Source: Okamejei kenojei
Taxonomy: Eukaryota
NCBI GenBank assembly: GCA_035221665.1
Contig: JAVHYY010000112.1
Location: forward strand, 558,001-622,000
Length of the DNA stretch: 64,000 bases
Reading direction: 5' to 3'
In this document: positions 51,310 to 62,774 of the stretch, piece after piece
Layout: each line of letters begins with the position of its first letter
Numbering within the stretch: position 1 is the stretch's first letter
Translations under genes and position numbers: made by a program
Notes under the pieces: generated by a model
The model's input: the letters and a program-made list of their open reading frames with translations, nothing else
The model's database searches: none
Told to the model about the DNA's origin: nothing

Positions 51310-52810
51310 TTATAGAATCATAGAACCATATAAAATAGGTGCAGGATTAGGCCATTCGGCCCTTCGTTCCTGCACCGCCATTCAGTATGATCATGGCTGA
51401 TCATCCAACTCAGTATCTTGCACCTGCCTTCGCTCCACACCCCCTGATCCCTTTAGCCGCAAGGGCCACATCTAACTCCCTCTTAAATATAGCCAATTAA
51501 CTCATTGGGCCTCAGCTACCACCTGTGGCAGAGAATTCCACAGATTCACCACTCTGTGTGTGAGAAAAGATCTTCTCATCTCGATCCTAAAAGACTTCCC
51601 CCTTACCCTTAAACTGTGATCCCTTGTTCTGGAGTACCCCAACATCGTAAACAATCTTCCTGCATCTAGCATGTCCAATCCCTTAATAATTTTGTATGTC
51701 CCTATAATATCCCCCCCTCAATCTCCTAAATTCCAGCGAGTACAAGCCGAGTTTATCCAGTCATTCTTCATATGGAAGTCCTGCCATCCCAGGAATCATT
51801 CTGGTGAACCTTCTCTGTACTCCTTCTATGGCAAGAATGTCTTTCTTCACATTAGGAGACCAAAACTGTACTCAATACTCCAGGTGTGGCCTCACCAAGA
51901 CCCTTTACAAATGCAGTAGAACCTCCCTGCTCTTGCACTCAAATCCTTTTGCTATGAATGCCAACATACCATTCGCTTTCTTCACAGCCAGCTGCACCTG
52001 CATGCCTGCTTTCAATGACTGGTGCATCATGACACCCAGGTCTCGTTGCATCTCCCCTTTTCCTAATCGGCCACCATTCAGATAATAATCTACCCTCCTG
52101 TTTTGCCGCCAAAGTGGAGAACCTCACATGTATCCACATTATACTGCATCTGCCATGCATTTGCCCACTCACCCAACCTATCGAAGTCACCTTGCAGCCT
52201 CCTAGCATCCTCCCAACAGCTAACACTGGTCCCCAGCTTCGTGTCATCCGCAAACTTGGTGAAGTTGCATTCAATTCCCTCGTCCAGATCATTAATATAT
52301 ATTGTAAATAGCTGGGCTCCCAGCACTGACCCTTGCGGTACCCCACTAATCGCTGCCTGCCATTCTGAAAATGACCCGTTTACGTCTACGCTTTGCTTCC
52401 TGTCTGGCAGCCAGTTCTCTATCCACATCAAGGCTGAACCCCCAATACCGTGTGCTTTATGTCTGAATGCTTTATCTCTTATGTGGGACCTTGTCGAAAG
52501 CCTTATGTATGTCCAGATATAATATACCCACAGGTTCTCCCTTATCCACTCTACTAGTTACACCCTCAAAAAATTCTATAAGATTCGTCAGGCATGATTT
52601 ACCTTTCATAAATCCATACTGAATTCGTCCAATGATTTCACCTCTTTCCAAATGTGCTGCTTTCCTATCTTTAATAACTGACTCAAGCATTTTCACCAGT
52701 ACCGATGTTACACTAACTGGTCTGTAAATCCCCGTTTTCTCTCTCCCTGCATTTTTAAAAATTGGGGTTACATTAGCTACCCTCCAATCCTCAGGAAATA
52801 CACCAGAATC
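51310..52810 (-). mobile_element. CR1 LINE RT and tail
   Basis: PQGSVLG, KFADDTK, YLDIHKAFDKVPH. Confidence 0.9.
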
Positions 52811-53499
52811 AATTAACCCAGCAAATTGTGTTTCTTTCATATTCACTAACGGAAGGATGATGCAATCTGATTGATGATGAAGGGAGTCATATCAGGTATA
52901 AGTAGAAAGATTATTTTAGAGGCCGCAGCTTGACTGTTGTGTATTGCGTATGCTCATTTTGTGTATGACGGAAAATGCACGCGCCGGGAAAGGGCCGTCA
53001 TTTGCTGTATACTGCACTGCTCGTGCTGTTTTCGGTGTCCCAGGTAAATTACGCGTCTAAATCCGTGAACAACTAACACTGCTATGCTTGAGTAATTTTC
53101 TGCAATTTATGCTTTTTAATCTTTCTTTTTCAGCCGCCGTATATTATATTGAAGGTAATATCCTCAAATCCTCACATATTTTATCGCTGCGACGTCTGTT
53201 TAAAAACTACGAACATGATCATGTTTCTGATCATTGGAACAGGTATATAAATTCGCACCCTTTTCGAACACAAGCTCTTTTCCTTTCACATCGCGCCCTG
53301 AATCCTGCCTGATATGTGTTCTAATACAGCTGACTATTATTATTAATATTAATGTCAATTAATGGCAGCCCCGCCGACAGTTTGTCTCTCCTTTTCATAT
53401 GTTTTCTTGTTATGTTTACTGTGTTGAAAAAGTTTGTGTTAATGTTCTCTGCTTTGTTTTATGTTAGGGCTGGGCAGGGGGTCACGGGGGAGAATTTTG

Positions 53500-54112
53500 T
53501 TACATCACCTTGCCGGAGATGCGATTCATTTCAGGCTCATATCTCCGGTTGCTCTGCGGCCAAACATCGTGGTGCTGGAGGCGTTGCTCGGGACTGACTT
53601 TGAGCCCCACCTCGAATCATCGACTTGACATCGGAGCCGATCCTTTGCCTTGGATCGACGCTCGAAACGCGGCCTGCGGATTTATCATCCGAAACACTTG
53701 GTCTAGGGTTGAGACCGACATCGGTAGCTCCGAAAGCAACATGACGTTCGACAAACACCGACCAGCGGTCAGATCGCCTGGCGCGGGGAGCTGACATCCC
53801 CCGATGAATGAGCTTTATCGCCCGGATGAGCTGGCCCGCCGCCGGCCACGAGAGGTAAGATCGTCCCGACAACAGAAGGTTAGAGGCTCCCGAGCGCTGG
53901 AGGACAAACAATGAAAAAGAGTGAACATTTTTCACCTTCCAACACAGTGAGAAATGTGGAGGAGTCACCGTGGTGGATGTTTATGTTAAAATGTATTTCG
54001 TGTTTTTGGTTGCTTTGTACTAGTATTACTGTAAGGCAAATCAAATTCCTCATATGTTGCAAAACTTACTTGGCTAATAAAGCATGATTATTATAATTAT
54101 TATAATTATGAT
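53500..54112 (+). repeat. Interspersed repeat with LINE-type 3' end
   Basis: GC-rich body, then AATAAA and an (ATTATA/G)n tail; family not assigned. Confidence 0.45.
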
Positions 54113-55837
54113 ATTCTTGTTTTTGATCATTTCTCTTAAGGCCTCCTGATTCATTCTACGCCTATTCACAAACCAAGAGTGAGCAGCATAAAATAGGAAC
54201 AATTTGTATGATAAAATGACACCAATACAGTCGCTATAACGAACGTTGTGTAAGACGACATTGTTTTAATAGGTTATTATTTTGTATACGTTTCTGCGTC
54301 GTTTTCCCTCTCCGTAGATGCTCTCGGAGCCACATTTACTGTGCATAGTTTGAGACTATTTGCATCTTGGTTTATATTTCATCAATCATACTTCGCGCAA
54401 TTAACAGTCAGTATGAGAATATATAGTTGTAAATGCACGCTTGTCAATACGTGTAAATATAAATACACCGTTTATACGTTACATTTCATGGATGCTGCAA
54501 AAAATATACAAATGCTCATTTCAGGTTGCGCGCGATTTTCATGAGCAGAACGTGTTCTCTTTGATAACGTATATTTTTATTTCGGTTCGTAAACAGATTA
54601 TTATTTGGAATGATAGCATCGCTTTAAATCGTCGTGTATTTTATATGAACGATTGCGTTGGTCCAAGTTACTGGTTAATTGACGAGATCAATCCTGCCTG
54701 GATTCCCACTTTTGCAATGAAATGTTTAACTGAGATGTTAAAATGTTCCCGTTAACTACTTGGAAAATCACTGGGATCACCCCAGAATGCCTCCCTAAAA
54801 CACCAGCAGACAATTGATGAACCTCTCTCTGTTGATTTCCAGTTGCCGGCTCTCACAGACCTTAACACATCCACAGATACCATCCACTTCTCTTTGAGTC
54901 ACTGCATTTAGCAAAGTTGCAAAATGTTTAGATGTAAAACATCAAGTCTGCAATTTATCCCATCAGATAATGCATAAAAATAAGATTTGACACCAAATTC
55001 ACTTTCATATCTTCAGTATTAAAACAATTATTGACATTTAAATACTTGGAAATTAGCATCTTGTTCCCTATTGCTTTTCCATTAACTTAACACAAATGCT
55101 GTGATCGAGGACAGTCAAAAGTTTATAGGTTTCTTAATAAATAAGACACCTGAAATAAATTTCCAGTTGTTATAGAGTGAAACATTCGGAAACAAATATG
55201 AAACATTCTTACTCGGATGACCTGGAATTAAAGCATATAATTAGTTACATAATTGTAGGCAATTACAATATTCAATTACTAGATCCAAACATCTATCCAG
55301 TTCTTAAGAAAAATATAACATTTTTAAATAGCCCGTGTCCAAATAGCATTCGCGCAATAATTCACAATATAACATGATGTTTAAATCTCATTGTCATGAA
55401 TTTATAGGCCAAATGGAAGAATTTAGTGTTTAATTCTGGAAAATTAATGGCCATTGCGAGTGGAATATTGTGGAACGCGATCGTTTGAAACGTTTTTAAT
55501 AAACCACATAGAACGGATGTCGGAGCGATTTCTCTGCAGCAGGTGAACAGCCTGAGAAAGACCGACTCCGACACGCAGGTGAAATCGGCATTTTAATACC
55601 GCCGCCCTCTCAAAGGCGCACACGGTCAGTGGCAGAACTGCAGCGCCGCTGAAGGTAAGTTTTATAACATACCTACTGCATTGATCTTTACTTCAGCCTT
55701 ACTTCTTGACAGGTTGGTGTGATCATACGCTCTAAGTGGCTGAGTGGGTAAGGCATTCGCTTTAATATCCAATACATGGACGTTTACCTTTGTGCTGGCG
55801 CAATTCCCGGTCATTCAAAGCGATTACCTTATTTTCG

Positions 55838-56128
55838 CGGCGGAACGGTGGCCCTCCTGCCTTATAGCGCCAGAGACGCGGGTTCGACCCTGACTGGTGG
55901 TGCAGTCTGTACGGAGTTTATATGTTTTGCCGTGACCGAGTGGGTTTCTTCCGGGAGCTCCGGTTTCCACCCACATTCCAAATATGCACACGTTTCTAGA
56001 TGATGGCTTTGGCAAAAAAATGTTAACTTGCCAATTTGTCTGGTATATTGCTGCTGCTCGATGATCGCTTGTCGGCGCTGATTTGGTGGGACGAAGGTTC
56101 TGGTTCACCGCTGCATTATAAACTAAAC
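55838..56128 (+). mobile_element. tRNA-derived V-SINE (HE1-like)
   Basis: B-box-like GGTTCGACCC, core GTACGGAGTTT..GGGTTTC..CTCCGGTTTCC..CCACA, AAACT tail. Confidence 0.75.
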
Positions 56129-57914
56129 TGTGGCACGTACTTGATGAGACACTGCAACTACGCCAGTGTTATGTTTAACATAATTCGGCACTTGAAAACG
56201 ATCAGATGAATACCCGTTTCGCCTTTGCAATCCAAAGAAGGGTCTCGACTCGGAACATCACCCATTCCATCATTCCAGAGCCGCTGCCTGCTCCGCCGAG
56301 TCATTCCAGAAATTCGTCTTTAAAATGAACGAAATATGCAAAGGCACAATGTTTACATTGAGTAAATCACGCCGCTGCATGAACTCGTCAGCAAACATGT
56401 TTCCATTGGGAAAAGGCCACATAAACAAATACTCTCCCCAGAAAATACTTGCATACTTAAATACAATTTAATAATGTTATTTACTTTAAGTAAATCATTT
56501 GTTTCATTGACTGATATAAAATACTTGAATTAATACTTCAAGAAAATACACATATACTGACCGAAAACTAGGCGGTGGCAAGGCTTGAGAGATACGTTTT
56601 ATCACTACTCACAATCTGTTTCCATCTGTCCTACAGCGAATTTGATGACGATTGTGATACGATCACAGGGAAGATGCGGACTCTCAAAATGTATCAGCCG
56701 CTATCTGTTGTCCATGGCGGTGATGGACTTCCTCGCCATCGTTGCCGCAGTGATATTAAGTCGTCTTCGAGCTATTTATTTCCCCGTTAGCTTACTATCC
56801 ACCACTCCCGGCTGCAGTCTCCTTATCGCGTTCAGTTTGTTTTCCAAAGACACTTCCGCCTGGTGAACGGTGGTGTTGACCTTCGATCGTTTCATCGCCA
56901 TTTGCTACCCACATCTGAAAGACCGATATTGCACGGAGAAAATCGCGACTGTCGTCATCGGAACGGTGTGTGTATTGTACTGTGGAAAAAAAACATACCT
57001 TTCTTTTTTACATATGTGTTGGATAATATACCTTGGTACTGCAACATAAAGGATGAAATATTATACTTTACTCGCATGGAAGATATATGACTGGCTACAT
57101 TGTATGTGTGCCGTTCATGCTAATTTTGCTGGTCAATGTTTTGACGGTCCGGCACATTCTAGCGGTCAGTGGAGCCCGCAAGAGACTGCGAGCTCAGAGC
57201 CATGGAGATAAACAGAATGACCCAGAGATACAGAGCAGGAAAAAGTCCATCATTATACTATTCGCCATTTCGGGCAGATTCCTGCTCTTGCATCTCAGAT
57301 TTACTAATGTTGTGAATTTTGTTATGGTGCAATTTTCTATCAAGGATTATGCGAACAATTCTGATTCCACCAACCCAATGTTTATAGTCCAAGAAAGCGG
57401 TTACATGATGGAACTGCTCAGTTCATGCACCAACACGTGCATCTATGCGGGTACGCAGACTACATTCAGAGAACAGTTGAAGAATCTGGTCAAATATCCC
57501 TAGTAGGTAATTTGCAATCGATTCAAACAAAGGAACGACTGAAATATTTGGTCTCATATTCCTAATAAACAAGTAGGAAGTTAATTGCCAACGGAGTAGT
57601 AGTTGTTTATTTTAATTTTTTTTTTAGATACACAGTCTATGTTCTGAATGATGAGTACTGTGAACTCGCGGCAATCGTTGGTGCGACGCGAAAGGGTTGT
57701 AAACTCGCTAACATTTATAGACAATAGGTGCAGGAGTAGGATATTCCGCCCTGCGAGCCAGCACCGCCATTCAATGTGATCATGGCTGGTCATCGCCAAT
57801 CAGAACCCCGTTCATGCCTTCTCCCCATATACCCTGACTCCGCTATCTAATTAATGATATTTAATAATATTGCACCTCGTTCTCGGTTCACTTTCTGTTC
57901 GACTTCTGGAACAT

Positions 57915-59040
57915 AAAGCAGTGGATGTTGTCTATATGGATTTCAGTAAGGCCTTTGACAAGGTTCCCCATGGAAGGTTGGTTAAGAAGGTTCAATCTTT
58001 GGGTGTTAATGGCGGAGTAGCAAGATGGATTCAACAGTGGCTGAATGGGAGATGTCAGAGAGTAATGGTGGATGGCTGTTTGTCAGGTTGGAAGCCGGTG
58101 ACCAGTGGGGTGCCTCAGGGATCTGTGTTGGGTCCACTGTTGTTTGTCATGTACATCAATGATCTGGATGATGGGGTGGAAAATTGGATAAGTAAGTATG
58201 CAGATGATACTAAGATGGGTGGTGTTGTGGATAATGAAGTAGATTTTCAAAGTTTACAGGGAGATTTGGGCCATTGGGAAAAGTGGGCTGAAAGATGGCA
58301 GATGGAGTTTAATGCTGTTAAGTGTGAAGTGCTACATCTTGGCAGGACAAATCAAAATAGGACGTACATGGTAAATGGTAGGGAATTGAGGAATGCTGTG
58401 GAACAGAGGGATCTAGGAATAACTGTGCATAGTTCCCTGAAGGTGGAATCGCATGTAGATAGGGTGGTAAAGAAAGCCTTTGGTGTGTTGGCCTTTATAT
58501 ATCAGAGCATTGAATATAGGAGTAGGGAAGTAATACAAAATAGAGAGAGTACAGAGGAGATTTACTAGAATGTTGCCAGGGTTCCAGCAACTATGTTACA
58601 GAGAAAGGTTGAACAAGTTAGGTCTTTATTCTTTGGAGCGCAGAAGGTTAAGGGGGGACTTGATTGAGGTCTTTAAAATGATGAAAGGGATAGACAGAGT
58701 TGACGTGGATACGTTTTTCCCATTGAGGGTAGGGGAGATTCAAACAAGAGGGCATGACATGAGAATTACGGGACAGATGTTTAGGGGTAACGTGAGGGGA
58801 AACTTCTTTACTTAGTGGCTGTGTAGAATGAGCTTCCAGCAGAAGTGGTGGAGGCAGGATCGATTTTTAACATTTAAAAGTAAAGTGGATAGGTATATGG
58901 ACGTGAAGGGAATGGAGGGGTATGGTCTGAGTGCAGGTAGATGGGAGTAGGGGAAAACAAATGGTCGGCACGGACTGGAAGGGCCGAGAGGGCCTGTTTC
59001 CGTGCTGTAATTGTTATATGGTTATATGGTTATATATGGT
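57915..59040 (+). mobile_element. CR1 RT and tail, same subfamily as the 12170 and 14805 copies
   Basis: Near-identical RT peptide; (GTTATATG) tail; short internal deletion near 58533. Confidence 0.93.
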
Positions 59041-59755
59041 TACCTCCTGTGGCAGCTTGTTCCACACACTAACTATCCTTCGTGTGAAAATGTTTCCCTA
59101 CGGTTTCCTATTAAATATGTTTCCCTTCTCCTTGAACCTATGTCCTCTGGTAGTCGATTCTTTCGGCAAAGGACTGTGCATCTATCCGAATCTATTCCTC
59201 TCATGATTTTATATGTCTTGCTCATTTCACCTATAGCTTTACTTTCGATAGGAGTTTTCCGCATAGAGAAGGTAGTTTAAGCACGGTATCTGTTTGGAAC
59301 TTTACACAATCTATATCATCCGCTGCTAAAACAGTAGATTCTCTTTAATCCGAAAACCTCGTCAATGAGCAAAGATACGTTGTTTCAATGATTAAAGGAA
59401 ATCATCAATACAACTCGTTGCACCTATTCAATTGAAAATCTTCGCTCGTTTCGAAAACAATATATTCCAGGCATATGTATACATATTCATGAAATCACAG
59501 AAGTTGAATTATTGAACGGGCCACATGGGAATGCGTAGATGAGGCGAGGCTGTACCAAGCAGCTGGGCGTGAACGACAGGGCGAATGGGCATAACATGTC
59601 TACCCATTAAATGCTGTCTTTTCATTTAAACCCTGAAGCTTAGCTGGTCACTCGTTTGTGTTATATTATTCTAACTATCACTTTACCAATGTAATTAGTT
59701 TTCCAGTGCAATTGATCGGATATGGTAGCACGCGGTACAGCTCCTCCCTGAACTT

Positions 59756-59871
59756 AGCTGGTAGAAGGGTGTCTGTCAGTCTGAAGAAGGGTCTCGACCC
59801 GAAACGTCGCCTATCTCCTTCGCTCCTTAGATGCTGCTGCACCCGCTGAGTTTCTCCAGCTTTTTGTGTAC
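59756..59871 (+). mobile_element. Penelope pseudo-LTR fragment inserted in GPCR helix 8, 13-bp TSD
   Basis: TSD CCTCCCTGAACTT at 59743-59755 and 59872-59884. Confidence 0.85.
59777..59813 (+). ncRNA. Minimal type I hammerhead ribozyme-like motif
   Basis: CTGAAGA-A-GGGT(CTCG)ACCC-GAAA-CG-TC: core boxes, perfect stem II, palindromic ACGT in place of stem III, GUC cleavage triplet; stem I weak. Confidence 0.65.
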
Positions 59872-62067
59872 CCTCCCTGAACTTGCGCTGTGTCACGGTG
59901 TAAATGGCCGTGTTGGTGCAGGAGCTCAGCAGCTGAAGCATCAATCCAGCCCTTTCCAATTCTGCTGCAGGGTTTCTCCATGCCTTGTACACAAAGAGTC
60001 TCAAACTTCGAACCGCAATAAAATGTGCAACACGTGTGGCCTAGAGCAGGATGAAGCAGCTCGAGATTGCCGGTAGTAAAACGACCGACCGTCTGCGGTT
60101 TACCATCTCCATGTCTTTCTTTTTCTCCCTACCCCTGTTGTCCCAGAGACTCCTGCGGATCCGACTGACAACGGAAATTCGCCTGACCGTGAGCGCGTTA
60201 CACAACAAAATCAGGCAGAATGTAATCACCGGAGTGAACAACTGTTCAGTCCAAGAGAACACCACCCATTCGGGTTGAGTGTAAAAATATACGAATTTCA
60301 GGCAGCCCAGTTCTCTACACGTTCCCACGATAAAAAGAGTATGCAAAGGGAAAGGGTATGTTTATGAGTCAGACGAAAGGGATCACTGTCAGGATAGCAA
60401 TCGACGCGGATCTCTCGGTGCAACATTTGGTTTTCTTTTTCTGAGTAGAAATCGCAACAAAGCGATCAAAGGTGAAAGGGAGTGAGAACCATACAGAACA
60501 ATTCACCGTGACGGATGCCAGGAAAATCGTTAAGTTGCACACCGGAGTGCAGGGCAAGGAAGCATTCCACCAATACAGATCAGCAATCCGGTGAAATATC
60601 ACCTCACCGAGAATCTCAGAGAGGTCCGCGGTCGCCATGGCTAGCATGTAACGAGTGATACACTTGGAAAGGCCGCACTTGCCACAACACAGGATCACAA
60701 TCACCATCAGATTCACTGGGAAATAATGAAAACAGAAACGGATTAATTGTGTGGTGCACGCGTTGGTGGGCGGGAGCAGACAGAGTAATGTAAACATGTG
60801 TCGCCAGTAGTAGAGACTATTTGTTTAACGAATCAATATTTGGGACAATCATCCGTCAAACGTTTGGCAGAAAGATGTTCATTCAGTAAATTATTCAAGT
60901 CCTGATTACCAAAATGAGTGGGATTGCCTTATGTATAGACGTATGACATAAAGATGGAAATATCAGTACAAAAGGCAATCTAATTTTGGTATCCTGGAAT
61001 TTAATCTGAAAATGATTGAAATCCTGTTTACCAAAATTAGTGGGATTGCCTTTTGTACTAATCGTCACACCATTATGTGAATCGTTTGATTGTTGATGGA
61101 AAATATAACACATTTTCAAGGTCCTCTTGAAAATGGACAGTGTATCTCAAAAAAGAAATTAATAATCCAAATTACGGTCGATCAAATAAGAATTAAGAGG
61201 GGATCCTCCCAATATCAATTATCTGATTTCATTTTTATAACGCTAAATTCATATTTTATTGCAGCGTTATTTTTTGTTGCTGAGACGTGAGCAAATTTGC
61301 ATCGCGGGCATTGAGTCAATCGAGTTCTGGATTAACGCGGACTGTTTTGCATTGGACTTTCGAGAATGCATTTCCGAACATGAGACCAAGGAAAGCATTT
61401 CAGTGCAACGCTGCAAATATAATTACAAACACCCTTCACAAACACGGTTAACAACATAACGGACACGTATTTCCTGCCGTACAGCGGGCGGCTTCCGTAC
61501 TGTAAGTGAAAAGAACAGGTGCTGGAGTATCTCAGTGGCTCAAGAAATGTCTCTGGAGGGCATAGATAGGCGACGTATCAGCTCGAGGCCCTTTTTCAGA
61601 CTCCGATCGGAAGAATGATCCCAACCCGATACGTCGACTGCGTTGGTCCTCCAGAGATGCTGCAAGACTAGCTTAGATTAACGAGATCTTTGTTGTCACG
61701 GCACGATCGCTGCATTTGTAGTTTATATTATCTGTATTCCTAGTTTGTCGAGCAGGTTGTTCGTACGACCTTCAAATCTGTCTCTGCGAAATTATCCCGA
61801 AGCAAATTTAAGAGTGATACAGAAAATGCATTGCCAAATGACTGGACGGGGTGTGTTTATCGTTCTGCCAAGTGCAGTATCACATTGGAAATTAAACTAC
61901 CACTCACAGCGAGGACGAAATTGCGCTTCACCTCGCAACAGCGCAAGTACGGGCATTGATTTTAGTAAAAAGCCGCCAGGGCTACATTTCTGCCAGCTTC
62001 AATGAGCGGCATCCATTAAAGATACCAACGCGCTTCCTCGCTCCTAAGATGCACATCGCTTATTTTT

Positions 62068-62300
62068 CTTTAGTTTAGGGATACAGCGCGAAAACACGAC
62101 CACCGGCCCACCTAATCCGCACCGCTCACGCACACTAACAGTAGCCTACACACACACGGGACAACTGATTTTACTTTTATGGAGCTTGGGAGGAAACCGA
62201 AGATCTCGGGGAAACCCCAAAAGGATAGGGGGAGAACATATGAAATCCGTACAGACAAGCGCTGTAAGACAATTGCTCAAGCGCTGCGCCAGCGTTCCGC
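62068..62300 (-). mobile_element. Degenerate V-SINE
   Basis: Homologous to 29845-30175. Confidence 0.6.
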
Positions 62301-62774
62301 CCTAACCCCTGCTGGGCTACTCGGTATGTTCTCTTAATCTTTAATATTGTACGCTTTTCAAACAGTCTTTGTTAGTTCCATGCGATGTGCCCACAATTAC
62401 CTAGCAGGTACACCGATTGCTGCCAGAATCGGATAATACACAAGTCCTATTATTTCTTCGATCGGATTATCATGCATTTTAATGCACCGGTCCAGGCGTT
62501 CACTCCTTGTGCAGCCGCTCAGCTGTTGTCAGCGATGCAAACAAATAACTGGCATATTTATAAAGTAAATAAAGGGAGAAACAGGCAACGAGAGTACATC
62601 CCTGTGGACATTACGTACACACTTTGAACAAACATCTACTGTTTTCCATGTAATATTAAAAATAACCTTATTCTGAAGAAAAAGGTCCGAAGAAGGGGTT
62701 CGGACCGAAACGTTGCCTATTTCCTTCGCTCCATAGATGCTGCTGCACCCGCTGAGTTTCTCCAGCCCTTTTGT

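Larger units (their letters stand above)
52975..57503 (+). pseudogene. GPR139-like GPCR pseudogene (close paralog of the intact copy): exon 1 52975-53043, exon 2 56637-57503
   Basis: Exon 1 ATGCACGCGCCGGGA...TTCGGTGTCCCAG|GTAAAT is 69 nt versus 70 nt in the intact copy. Exon 2 ANLMTIVIRSQGRCGLSKCISRYL..., TGA at 56864, frameshifts, ESGYMMELLSSCTNTCIYAGTQ. TATAAGTA at 52897. Confidence 0.9.
59678..62477 (-). pseudogene. GPR139-like GPCR pseudogene (second subfamily): exon 1 62477-62405, exon 2 60715-59678
   Basis: Exon 1 MHDNPIEEIIGLVYYPILAAIGVP has its donor position reading CTAGGT rather than GT; TATAAATA at 62562-62555. Exon 2 VNLMVIVILCCGKCGLSKCITRY..FTFDRF..LLSSCTNTAIY has frameshifts near 60360 and 60030. 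Confidence 0.88.

Noticed and set aside
54915-55670. Possible non-autonomous DNA transposon
   Set aside because: Terminal repeats are weak and no TSD is identifiable.
55730-55815. tRNA-Ser/Leu-like sequence (GTGGCTGAGTGGGTAAGGC)
   Set aside because: A-box only; no B-box or cloverleaf could be built.
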